Source: an uncultured Desulfarculus sp.
GTDB taxonomy: Bacteria; Desulfobacterota; Desulfarculia; Desulfarculales; Desulfarculaceae
DNA length: 64,000 nucleotides
Assembly (NCBI GenBank): GCA_963665125.2
Contig: CAXXUK010000001.1
Span: 2,560,001 to 2,624,000 of the forward strand
Direction of reading: 5' to 3'
The position numbers and the translations under genes are program-made. The notes below the pieces were generated by a model. It made no database searches. It was not told the DNA's origin and was given only the letters and a program-made list of their open reading frames with translations. Positions 13,699 through 22,844 of the stretch are shown piece after piece (position 1 is the first letter of the stretch; each line of letters opens with the position of its first letter).

Positions 13699-14835
13699 CT
13701 ACTCCGCGAACACCTTTTGGGCGGCGGCCACGCCAGCACCCATTTCAAACTTGTAACCCAAACCGGCCAGGGCCATTTCAATGGCGCTGATACCCTGAAT
13801 GGTGTCGAACTCGTTGATGTAGCCCATATGAGCCACACGGAAGATCTTGCCTTTGGCCTGATCCTGGCCGCCGGCAATAAAAATACCGTACTTGTCCTTG
13901 AGCCACTTGACCACATCCTGAGCATCGATGCCGGCCGGGGCCTCGACAGCGGTCAGGGCCTGGCTGATGCATTCCTTGGAGTACAACTCCAGGCCGATGG
14001 CGGTCATGGCGGACTTGAAGGCCTTGCTCTTCTTGGCGGCCTCGGCAAAGATGGTGTCCATGCCGATTTCATCAATGAGGTCGAAGATATCCAGAAGGCC
14101 GAAGAACAGGGTCACCGGCGAGGTGAAAGCACCCTTGTTCTGGCTCTGGGTCTTCAGTTCCTTGGCCCATGAAAAATAGAATTTCGGGCACTTGGAATCG
14201 GCCATCATCTTCTTGGCCTTTTCGTTGATGCTTACGAAGGCCAGACCCGGAGGCAGCATCAAGGCCTTTTGAGAGCCGCTGATCACCACGTCGATGCCCC
14301 ACTCGTCGGTGGGGATGTCATAGGCCAACAGGGCGCTGACAGCGTCGACGACCAACACGGCGTTTGTCTTGGCGGTAACCTCGGCAAGCTCCTTGATGGG
14401 ATGGGCCACGCCGGTTGAGGTTTCAAGGGCCTGGACGTAAACGGCCTTGATGGAGGGATCGTCGGCCAGCATCTTGGCCACGTCGGCGGGCTTGACTGCA
14501 TGGCCCCACGGCACATCCAGGTTCACCGGCTGCACGCCGTAGGCTTCCATGATCATGGTCCAACGTTCGCCGAACTTGCCGCCGCGGATGGCGATGGCCT
14601 TGTCACCGGGAGAAAGAAGGTTGGCCACGGAGCTTTCCATGGCGCCGGTACCGCTGGAACAGAAAGTGAGCACATCGTTTTCGGTCTTGAATATTTTTTT
14701 CAAGCCGGTGCGCACTTTGCCGAATATCTCCAAAAAGTCGGCGCTGCGGTGGTGAATCAGCGGCTGGGCCATTGCCAGCAGCGTGCGGGAAGGCACCGGG
14801 GTGGGGCCGGGAGCCAACAGAGAAACCTTCTTCAT
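13699..14835 (-). CDS. Class V PLP aminotransferase (alanine-glyoxylate/serine-pyruvate family), probably the phosphoserine aminotransferase
   Basis: PGPTPVP, SGTGAME, ETSTGV, VDAVS, SGSQKALMLPPG, FRVAHMG; directly upstream of serA. Confidence 0.88.
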   Translation of the reverse strand: MKKVSLLAPGPTPVPSRTLLAMAQPLIHHRSADFLEIFGKVRTGLKKIFKTENDVLTFCSSGTGAMESSVANLLSPGDKAIAIRGGKFGERWTMIMEAYGVQPVNLDVPWGHAVKPADVAKMLADDPSIKAVYVQALETSTGVAHPIKELAEVTAKTNAVLVVDAVSALLAYDIPTDEWGIDVVISGSQKALMLPPGLAFVSINEKAKKMMADSKCPKFYFSWAKELKTQSQNKGAFTSPVTLFFGLLDIFDLIDEIGMDTIFAEAAKKSKAFKSAMTAIGLELYSKECISQALTAVEAPAGIDAQDVVKWLKDKYGIFIAGGQDQAKGKIFRVAHMGYINEFDTIQGISAIEMALAGLGYKFEMGAGVAAAQKVFAE

Positions 14836-15097
14836 TTGGACGCTCCTTCAAATATAGTGCTAAGCTGCCATGAGCGTAGCTGCTTTAGCCGACAAGACGA
14901 CCCGCGTCCAGTCGGCGTCCGGTGACCAGGCATTTGCCTTGATCCCGGCATATCTCATCTATTTGTCATGTAGACCCGTCTTGTAAAAAGCGGGCTGTGG
15001 GGCAGCCAGCCGAGCCCCTGGAAATCATCCGGGGGGCCAAGACAAGCAATCGGAAAAGGCATAGGGTTTACCCAGCCTAATCCGAAACTAAAGGATG

Positions 15098-15125
15098 GGT
15101 ATAGCACAAAACTGACGCCTGTCAA
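15098..15125 (-). promoter_or_regulatory. Sigma70-type promoter for the aminotransferase-serA operon
   Basis: Minus strand TTGACA-16 nt-TATACC with extended -10 TG. Confidence 0.5.
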
Positions 15126-15358
15126 GGCAATTGTATACAGTAGCAGGCCGGGGTTGAACAAACAATCCCAAGGGCCCCGAAGCCCCCCCAATAACCCATG
15201 GCTATTCGGCCTACCCTTTTCCATTATTCAAACTTTGGACGGCTAACTGAAAGGGCGCTGCCGGTCGGCGCAATCGGCGCTCTAGGCCGTGGATGCGCTC
15301 AATTCAATGAAGGATTATGATCCTATCTGGTTCAGGCCAGATAAGGATTGGTGCATGC

Positions 15359-15398
15359 AAAAAAAATGGATTCGGGAGGCTTGAAGCCCCCCGAATCC
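15359..15398 (-). terminator. Intrinsic terminator after porin-like gene
   Basis: ggattcggg...cccgaatcc stem preceded by an A-run on the + strand. Confidence 0.7.
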
Positions 15399-15428
15399 CG
15401 GGGTGATTAGGTTATGTGTTCGTCTTTA

Positions 15429-16703
15429 TTAGAAGACGAAGAGGAGAGCCACGCCGAACAGCCACTCGGTGCCGTAGTCGGAGCTCTGGGTCTTGCCATT
15501 AAGGTCGGTGTACTTCTGATGCATGACGTCGCCGTAGTTGAAGTAGGCGACTTCAGGCTGCACGGTGAAGTACTTGTTGATCTTGTAGTTGATGGCGGCA
15601 AAGGCAGTCCAACGGGAGAAGTTGTCCTCGCGGTAGCCGGCCTTCTTCCAGTTGTCGTTGTTGGTGTAAACATAGCCGAAGCCCAGGATAGGCTTCCACT
15701 GACCAACGGTGTAGCTCAGCTCGAGGGTGGCACCCCACTGCTTGGAGTCTTCAACCTTGCCGTTGCTGTCCCACACCGGAATGGCCTGGGGCTGCGGCAT
15801 GGCAACACCGGAACCGAAGAAGGCAGTAGTGCCGACCTGGCCCCATTCGCAGTCGATGTTCTGGCCGTAGTAGGCCTGAGCCTTGACACCAAAGCCAGCG
15901 GCGCTCCAGGACAGAGGAACCTGGACAACCCAGTTCACGACCGTGTCGTCGCGACCGGAGCTGACGCCGTCATACTTCATCTGGGAGATCGAGAAGCCGG
16001 GGATGGCCATGAAGTTACCCAGGCGGATTGCCCACGCCAGGTCGGCGCGCGGCAGAGCGAAGTAAGCCTGGGAGGTACCGATGGCGGAACCACCCATGGT
16101 CAGGACCTGCAGGCCGGGGACCTGCTCGGCGCCGGCCTGGCCCAGAGCGATGCTCAGCAGACCGACCGGGCTGGTGTACTCAAAGCGGACTTGCGGATAA
16201 CGGCCGCTGTACAGGTAACCCCAACGGAGCAAGAGGATCTTGGCGCTCTGGTTGGTGCCCAGAAGCTGGCCGGGAGCGGCAAACAGGGAACCGAACACAC
16301 CGTCAGTGTGACCGGCGACCAGCTTGCAATTACCGGCTTTCCACCAGCCGTAGGCGTAACGCAGGCCGACGGACTCGGTGCGGGCCGTGGCCGTGGAGGA
16401 AGCAACATACAACTCGGCGTGGGCGCCGGTGCTCTTGTCGCCGCTTGTCCACTTGGCGCCAAAGTAGCTGTTGGCGTTGAGCTGGACGAAGTTGGTGGTG
16501 TAGCTGTCACGAATGCGGCCCTTCATGTCCAGGGCGAACGCGTTGGTGGCGAGCTCTTCACTCATGTACTGGTAACCGAAGTCAGTCCACAGACGACCGA
16601 TCACCGTAAAGCTTGCGCCAGGCGCCTCGGCCTGGGCCCAAGCCGGAGCAGTAGTGGCCACAAGAGCTACTACCGCAACCAGAATAGCAAAATATTTTTT
16701 CAT
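15429..16703 (-). CDS. Probable outer-membrane beta-barrel (porin-like) protein
   Basis: Signal peptide (AWA-QA), alternating aromatic/hydrophobic strands, C-terminal Phe, strongly biased codon use. Confidence 0.75.
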   Translation of the reverse strand: MKKYFAILVAVVALVATTAPAWAQAEAPGASFTVIGRLWTDFGYQYMSEELATNAFALDMKGRIRDSYTTNFVQLNANSYFGAKWTSGDKSTGAHAELYVASSTATARTESVGLRYAYGWWKAGNCKLVAGHTDGVFGSLFAAPGQLLGTNQSAKILLLRWGYLYSGRYPQVRFEYTSPVGLLSIALGQAGAEQVPGLQVLTMGGSAIGTSQAYFALPRADLAWAIRLGNFMAIPGFSISQMKYDGVSSGRDDTVVNWVVQVPLSWSAAGFGVKAQAYYGQNIDCEWGQVGTTAFFGSGVAMPQPQAIPVWDSNGKVEDSKQWGATLELSYTVGQWKPILGFGYVYTNNDNWKKAGYREDNFSRWTAFAAINYKINKYFTVQPEVAYFNYGDVMHQKYTDLNGKTQSSDYGTEWLFGVALLFVF

Positions 16704-16929
16704 TACCGCTTTTCTCCTTTCCCTCTATACAGGCTTGGACAAAAGCATCAGCCCCGAAGGACCAACTTCCGCGGGCGGGATGCTTTTCATCCGATTCTGA
16801 AGTCGACCTTGGCTCACCCCGATCTAAAGAACCGACCCCGGTCGACTTATTTGATGTCAAACTCTTTCAGGTTTCCAAAGACCATAGGTGTATGGCGCAA
16901 GGTGGAAGCCCTTGAAACTATCGTACTTC

Positions 16930-16959
16930 AAGCTAGCAATCTGCGTTTCGCGGTGTCAA
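16930..16959 (-). promoter_or_regulatory. Possible sigma70 promoter for porin gene
   Basis: TTGACA-18 nt-TAGCTT with TG on minus strand; implies a ~220-nt leader. Confidence 0.4.
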
Positions 16960-16978
16960 CTACAAAGTTACTAATCGA

Positions 16979-17569
16979 TCAGTTTCCTTTGGTGGATCCC
17001 TTGTCAGTATGCCGGATCAACCGCTGGTTAACTGTTTTCCAACTGTATGCGCCTGTCTTTTTCTTGGAACCAATCCTCTTGGCAACTGATGATAACAAAA
17101 CCCTGATCACAATATAAAGAACAATAAATCCGGCGGCGTAATTTATTTCACCAAATGGAGACCCAAATGGCACATCCTCAAAGCGCATACGCAGCCAGGC
17201 CGCCGCGAAAAAGGCCGGCCAAAGCGAACTGGCCCCCATGGCTATGTTCAAAAAAAAGGCCTTGCCAAAGGCTTCGTTGCCGAGCTTGTTTATTCCCCGC
17301 CAGGCCTCCTTGTCGCCGCTGCGCAGGGCGTTCATGGAGGCCTCGTGCATTCGGGCCACTTCATCGCCGGTTTTGTTCACATGTTTTTGGTTGATCCTGT
17401 AAACCAGTTTCATGGTCAGCGATCCGGCCAACACCGCCCAAAGCGCCAACACCGCCGTGCCCAGCCATAACCCGATTATCGGATCCTCCGGCCAGCGGTA
17501 AGGAGCAATCAAAAACGCATCCAGCCAGGACCAGGCCTGAAACAAGACGCCAAGCACAGTTTGCATCAT
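16979..17569 (-). CDS. Uncharacterised membrane protein downstream of TauE/SafE gene
   Basis: About three hydrophobic segments with a soluble helical loop; same strand as tauE. Confidence 0.7.
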   Translation of the reverse strand: MMQTVLGVLFQAWSWLDAFLIAPYRWPEDPIIGLWLGTAVLALWAVLAGSLTMKLVYRINQKHVNKTGDEVARMHEASMNALRSGDKEAWRGINKLGNEAFGKAFFLNIAMGASSLWPAFFAAAWLRMRFEDVPFGSPFGEINYAAGFIVLYIVIRVLLSSVAKRIGSKKKTGAYSWKTVNQRLIRHTDKGSTKGN

Positions 17570-17636
17570 TCCGCTCTAAAAACTCCGGGCCGACTATCTC
17601 GCCGGCCCGGATTGTTCCAAACTATTTTCGCATGGC

Positions 17637-19040
17637 CTAGAAGGGGGGAAGAATCGCCAGTCCGAACAGGCCCTTGAATGTGTAACGCAGACCCACGTAG
17701 AAGGCCAGCACGATGAAGATGATGCGCAACCACTTATCCGGGATGAACTTGGAGGTGCGCGGGCCGATCATCGAGCCGATGAAGATGCCCACAAGCTCCG
17801 CGCCGATCAGGCCCCACTCGACCACGACGCCCTTGCCGACCATGTAGGTGAAGATGCTGACGATCATGCCCACCAGCACCACCAGTCCGGAGGTGCCGGC
17901 CACCAGGAACATGGGCAGGCCGGCCACGCTGGTCAGGAAAGGCACGAACAAAAAGCCGCCGCCCACGCCCAGGAACGAGGCCAATGCGGCGATGACGATG
18001 CCGCCCAGCATGGGGATGAAGGCCTTGAACTCGAACTCGACGCCGAAGAAGGTGAACTTGACCTTGCCGATGAGAATGGTCAGCAACCAGCCGACGCAGG
18101 CTAGACACACGGCGATCCAGAACCAGGGGTCGAGCCAGGCGTCGACCTTGGGATCGGCGAACAGCTTGTAAACCAGGGCGCTGGCCACCACGCAAAGCAG
18201 CGCGGCAATCATGATCGTCCAACTGCCCTTGATGATCTTGACGCCCTGATCGGAGGTGTCGCCGCCCTCGGCAACGGCCTTTTCAAAGGCTGCCGCCGAC
18301 GCCTTGGCTTTTTGCTTTTTCGCCTGGCCCTTGGCGGTCAGATCGCGCAGCAGCATGAAGCCCAGCAAAAGCACGCACAGGCCGAAGTAACCGATGTAGT
18401 CCTTGAGGCTGACCTTTCCCGCGCTGATGGCCGGGACCAGCCATGAGCCGCCCACGCCGCCCACGGCCAGGCAGATGCCCAGCGGGGCCACCAGACGGCC
18501 CATGCGGTAGTAGTTGATTGCGCCGATAAAGGCCGAAAGGCCCACAAGCCACTGGTTCGACACGCGGATGGAGTCGGTTACCAGATTGTTCATGGGGCTG
18601 CCCTTGCCGAATTTGCTGGCATAGTCGCCGAAGCCGAAGATGGTGATATGGCCCACGCCGGCCATGATGCCGCCGAAGGCGCCCACCGTGGAGAATATCC
18701 AGCCCACCCAGACGGCCCATAGCAGGCCCCAGATGTAACCCACGGTAGGACCGCCGGGAATGCCCAAAAGGCCCGGCTCATCACCGGGTTTGACCACGCT
18801 TTTGAATTTCTCGGCGGTCGCCGGGTCGGCCAAGCTCTTGGCAATGGCCTTCTTGACCCGTTCCGGCATGCCGGGGGTGTAGTAGGCATCCGCCGCCGTT
18901 TGGCCGGACGCCGCCGCGGCAACGGCGGGTTGGGCCTGGCCCTCCTGAGCCGCGGCCAACGACGCCGCGCCAAAGGCGATTGTCGCGGCGAAAATAAAAA
19001 TCAAAAGAGGGACCAGCTTCAACTTCATGCTTTCCTCCAT
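17637..19040 (-). CDS. TauE/SafE (TSUP) family sulfite/anion exporter, long form with N-terminal extension
   Basis: FSTVGAFGG, ASFLGVGGGFLFVPFL, VAGTS motifs; multiple TM helices. Confidence 0.85.
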   Translation of the reverse strand: MEESMKLKLVPLLIFIFAATIAFGAASLAAAQEGQAQPAVAAAASGQTAADAYYTPGMPERVKKAIAKSLADPATAEKFKSVVKPGDEPGLLGIPGGPTVGYIWGLLWAVWVGWIFSTVGAFGGIMAGVGHITIFGFGDYASKFGKGSPMNNLVTDSIRVSNQWLVGLSAFIGAINYYRMGRLVAPLGICLAVGGVGGSWLVPAISAGKVSLKDYIGYFGLCVLLLGFMLLRDLTAKGQAKKQKAKASAAAFEKAVAEGGDTSDQGVKIIKGSWTIMIAALLCVVASALVYKLFADPKVDAWLDPWFWIAVCLACVGWLLTILIGKVKFTFFGVEFEFKAFIPMLGGIVIAALASFLGVGGGFLFVPFLTSVAGLPMFLVAGTSGLVVLVGMIVSIFTYMVGKGVVVEWGLIGAELVGIFIGSMIGPRTSKFIPDKWLRIIFIVLAFYVGLRYTFKGLFGLAILPPF

Positions 19041-19273
19041 TGGCCAATTTATTCGACGCCGGAGTCGATTCGACCAACCGGCCCGGTTTCACTAAAATGG
19101 TTTTAACACAAGAAATCGGGTTGTGTCCAGAAAGCTAACCCCGCAAAAGAAAAAGAAAACAATAGCAACAATACCTATAGTGCGGGTTATCGTGATCGAT
19201 GTAACAAACCTGTGACCCACCGGCCTCATATAGGGCAGATTTGCGCCCTGAACAGATCATATGTACCCGGGGT

Positions 19274-19954
19274 TTATGTTTCAGACGAATTGGAATGCAA
19301 ACGGCCTTGAGCCCGCACCAGGGCCGCGCTCAAGGCTGTAAACAACCTGTCGTGGGCCTCAGCCACAGTAATGTCCCGGCCGGCCTCCTGGCTGAGGCTG
19401 GTGGATTGGGCATCAAGCCCGCAGGCCTCTATATAGTCGTAGTGGCTCAGGTTGGTGCAGACGTTGAGGGCCAGGCCGTGCATGCTCACCTTTTGGGGCA
19501 GCGCCAGGCCCACGGCGGCTATCTTGCGGCCGTCGGAAGTCCACACGCCGGGGCGCTCGTCGTCCCAATGGCAATCCACGCCATAGGAGGCCACCACCTC
19601 GATGATGCAATCGGCCACCGCCCCCACCAGGGCCTTGACGCCCAGTTTGCGGGCCCGCAGATCGACCACCGGATAAACGACGGCCTGGCCCTGGCCATGG
19701 TAGGTGACGTCTCCGCCGCGCTCGACGTTGTAGACCTTGAAGCCCTGATCGGCCAGTTGCCGGTCTGTCAGCAGGATATGTTCCCGGCCGCCGCGCTTGC
19801 CCAGGGTGAACACCGCCGGGTGCTCAACGCAGATGATGGCGTCCGGTTTTTCGCCGGCAACGCGCTGGGCATGCCTGGCGCGCATGGCCTCCAGAGACTC
19901 CAGGTAATCCATCAGCCCCCAGTCAAGGCGTTCAAATCCATTTGCGTCAATCAT
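19274..19954 (-). CDS. lipB: Lipoyl(octanoyl) transferase
   Basis: EHPAVFTLG, RGGDVTYHG.GQ.V.YP, RKIAAVG, HGLALN, ACGL. Confidence 0.95.
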   Translation of the reverse strand: MIDANGFERLDWGLMDYLESLEAMRARHAQRVAGEKPDAIICVEHPAVFTLGKRGGREHILLTDRQLADQGFKVYNVERGGDVTYHGQGQAVVYPVVDLRARKLGVKALVGAVADCIIEVVASYGVDCHWDDERPGVWTSDGRKIAAVGLALPQKVSMHGLALNVCTNLSHYDYIEACGLDAQSTSLSQEAGRDITVAEAHDRLFTALSAALVRAQGRLHSNSSET

Positions 19955-19979
19955 AGTCGTCTTTCCAAACCCCGCCGCG

Positions 19980-20873
19980 CTATTGGTCGTCGTAGCCCAA
20001 CTTGCGCAAGCCATAATCCAGGCGGGACCATTTTGGCTCCACCCGGACGAAAAGATTCAGATATACCCTGCCGCCCAACAGGCGGATCATATCCTGGCGG
20101 GCGGCCGTGCCGATTTTTTTGAGCATGGCGCCGCCCTTGCCGATGACGATGCCCTTCTGGCCCTGGCGCTCCACGTGGATTGTGGCCGAGATGGCCGTCT
20201 GGCCGTCTTCTTCCTCGGGCTCCAGGAATTCATCAATGGTCACGGCGGTGGAGTAAGGCAGTTCCTGCTCGGTAAGGCGAAAGACCTTTTCCCGGATCAA
20301 CTCAGCCACCAAAAACCGCACGCTCAGATCGGTGATCATGTCTTCGGGGAAGATGGGCGGGCCTTCCGGCAGCAGGGCGGTCAATTCGCCCAGCACGGCT
20401 TCGGCGCCGTCGCCCTTGAGGGCGCTGATTGGCGCGATTGCCTCCCATTTGCCCCAGGAAGAGACCTCTTCCAGCATGGGCAGCAGCTTGATTTTTTCGG
20501 GGACCAGATCCACCTTATTCAGGGCCAGAACCGTGGGTTTATTGGCCTCGGCCAGGATCTTGGCCACCCGTCTTCCCTCGTCCAGGCCCTTGCGGGAGGC
20601 CTCGACCACGAACAGCACGGTTTCCACATCTTCCAAAGTGGTCAGGGCAGTTCGGACCATCAGCTTGTTGAGGGCGTGCACGGGCTTGTGCAGGCCGGGT
20701 GTGTCCAGAAAAACGATCTGGCAATCGTCGCCGTTGAAGACGCCCAGCAACCTGTGCCGGGTGGTCTGGGGCTTGTCGCTGGTTATGGCCAGCTTGAACC
20801 CCAACACATTATTGAGGAAAGTGCTTTTGCCCACATTGGGCGCACCCACTATTGCAACAAATCCGCTCTTCAT
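19980..20873 (-). CDS. era: GTPase Era
   Basis: GAPNVGKST, PQTTR, DTPG, NKVD, ELPY, IVIGKGG..LK.IG KH motif. Confidence 0.98.
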   Translation of the reverse strand: MKSGFVAIVGAPNVGKSTFLNNVLGFKLAITSDKPQTTRHRLLGVFNGDDCQIVFLDTPGLHKPVHALNKLMVRTALTTLEDVETVLFVVEASRKGLDEGRRVAKILAEANKPTVLALNKVDLVPEKIKLLPMLEEVSSWGKWEAIAPISALKGDGAEAVLGELTALLPEGPPIFPEDMITDLSVRFLVAELIREKVFRLTEQELPYSTAVTIDEFLEPEEEDGQTAISATIHVERQGQKGIVIGKGGAMLKKIGTAARQDMIRLLGGRVYLNLFVRVEPKWSRLDYGLRKLGYDDQ

Positions 20874-21007
20874 AATCCGGCTTGTATAGCCACTCCAGCC
20901 TGGCGGTTAAATAAAAAGCCTTGCGGGGCGCATGGCCCCGCATTTAGATACCAAAACTTACCAGACCACCGCAATGGTGCATGGTGTTTTTTCACAATGT
21001 TTATTTT

Positions 21008-21802
21008 TCATGCCTGCCCCTGTAATTCTCCGCCAAACGGCTTATTGGCGATAACAAAGCCCACGCTGGCCCATCTGCCGCCATCGGCCAGCAGGATCTT
21101 CGGATCATTTTCCGGGTCGGCGATGCAGAACGGATCGTTTTCGACGAACTCCATCCACCAGCGCCAGGAGTCGGGCGCGTAGGCCGCTTCCATGATCTCG
21201 AAACCGGCCTCTTGCAGGGCGTCGGCCGTTTGGCCCACCGTGACAAAGCAGTCGGCCCAGGCGAATTCGCCGGTGGTCACCAGGGGCCGCAGGTCAGCGG
21301 GTATGGGCCGGTCCAGGTGCATTGGCTCGGCCAGGCCGAAAACGCCGCCCGGTTTCAAGACCCGCAATATCTCCTCTACACAGGCCAGGTACAGATCTTC
21401 GCCGCCCAGGGCCCGGACCATTTCCAAAGCCGTGGTGGAGTAGACATAGTCAAAGCTGTCCGCCTCCAGTCCGGTGTCCGGAACGCCCAGCTTGATGGGC
21501 CGCACCATGTCCGCAACGCCCCACCTCGCGGCGTTTTCAGCGGCGTGCTCCACCATAGGCCGGCCGTCCATGCGGTCGTTCCAGGGGTCCATGGCCACCA
21601 CACGCACGCCGAACTCCCTGGCCAGAAAACAGCTCTGCACACCGCGATTGCAGCCCACATCCAGCAGGCGCGCGCCGGGCAACAGGCCCATCTTGTGGGC
21701 CAGAAATTCCGTCAGTTCCAATGCGCCGGGGCCGCTGCACTGGGCGTAGATTTCCTTTAGGTTTGTATATTTATTCGCTTTGGGAAAAGCTTGTTTGGTC
21801 AA
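21008..21802 (-). CDS. Class I SAM-dependent methyltransferase
   Basis: LLDVGCNRG motif I, SFDYV, RVLKPGG; TTG start. Confidence 0.85.
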   Translation of the reverse strand: MTKQAFPKANKYTNLKEIYAQCSGPGALELTEFLAHKMGLLPGARLLDVGCNRGVQSCFLAREFGVRVVAMDPWNDRMDGRPMVEHAAENAARWGVADMVRPIKLGVPDTGLEADSFDYVYSTTALEMVRALGGEDLYLACVEEILRVLKPGGVFGLAEPMHLDRPIPADLRPLVTTGEFAWADCFVTVGQTADALQEAGFEIMEAAYAPDSWRWWMEFVENDPFCIADPENDPKILLADGGRWASVGFVIANKPFGGELQGQA

Positions 21803-22017
21803 TTTTCAGCTCCTGATACCTTGGGCGGACAAGCGCACCAATCCGCCCCGGACGCGGCGGGCGCCGCGCCGGAAATTATTGTTTTGCAGTTTTGGGGATT
21901 GTTTTACCGGCCGTCGCGGCGCGGCTTACCTCACTTGCAAAAAATACTCCGGTCAGGATTTATAAAACCGCGCCGACTATGCCGGGCGGCGTTGGCCTTA
22001 TTATAGCCGGGATACTA

Positions 22018-22743
22018 TCACGCGGCGCCGTTGCCGCCCATTTTCGCTTGCCAGGCCTTGAGGCCTTCCTTGGCGGCGTTTTGCTCGGCCTCTTTTTTGG
22101 ACTTGCCCTCGCCGGTGGCCAGGACCTTGCCGTCAATTTCAATATCCACCGAGAACGTCTTGTCGTGATCCGGCCCATGTTCGCCCACGGTGCGGTAGCG
22201 GGGCGTAACCCGCAACTGGTCCTGCACCTGCTCCTGGAGCCGGGTCTTGTAATCCCGGCGGCGGGCCCTGTCCACCGGGGCCTGATCCAGGGGGCCCAGC
22301 AGGCGATGCACCACCTCGGCCGCGGCCTCCAGGCCGCCGTCAAGGTACACGGCCGCGATCAGGGCCTCCATGGCGTCGGACAGGATGGAATTTTTTTCCA
22401 TGCCGCCCTGATTTTGCTCGCCCTTGCCCAACAACAGGCATTGCCCCAGGTCGATGGCCCGGGCGGCCTCGGCCAAACGCATCTCGTTGACCAGGCTGGA
22501 ACGGGCCCGGCTGAGCTGGCCCTCGTTGGCGTGGTCGAATTGCTTAAACAGGGCCTGGGTCACCACCAGTTCCAGCACGGCGTCGCCCAGAAACTCCAGG
22601 CGCTCGTTGCTCTGCTGGCATTCGGGGTTCTCATGGAAATACGACGAATGGCTCATGGCCTGTTCCATGAGGAGCCATTCGGAAAACCCGTAGCCCAGCC
22701 TTTGGGCCAATTGTTGGTATTGTTCCAGCCTTTCGGCGTCCAT
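22018..22743 (-). CDS. rnc: Ribonuclease III
   Basis: NERLEFLGDAVL signature, D.MEALIAAVYLDGG, DYKT.LQE dsRBD, GKSKKEAEQ.AA. Confidence 0.98.
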   Translation of the reverse strand: MDAERLEQYQQLAQRLGYGFSEWLLMEQAMSHSSYFHENPECQQSNERLEFLGDAVLELVVTQALFKQFDHANEGQLSRARSSLVNEMRLAEAARAIDLGQCLLLGKGEQNQGGMEKNSILSDAMEALIAAVYLDGGLEAAAEVVHRLLGPLDQAPVDRARRRDYKTRLQEQVQDQLRVTPRYRTVGEHGPDHDKTFSVDIEIDGKVLATGEGKSKKEAEQNAAKEGLKAWQAKMGGNGAA

Positions 22744-22844
22744 ATCGTCTTCTCCGCTGACCAAGTATCAACAAATGGCTTTGCACTGTCAATCTTTGGC
22801 TGGATTTCTTGACGGGGCGGCCCGGCTCGCGTAAACAGTGTCTG

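Noticed and set aside
14880..14930. ZTP (pfl) or glycine riboswitch upstream of the aminotransferase
   Set aside because: GACUGG is present but the rest of the ZTP consensus and the glycine aptamer motifs are not; kept only as an unknown leader
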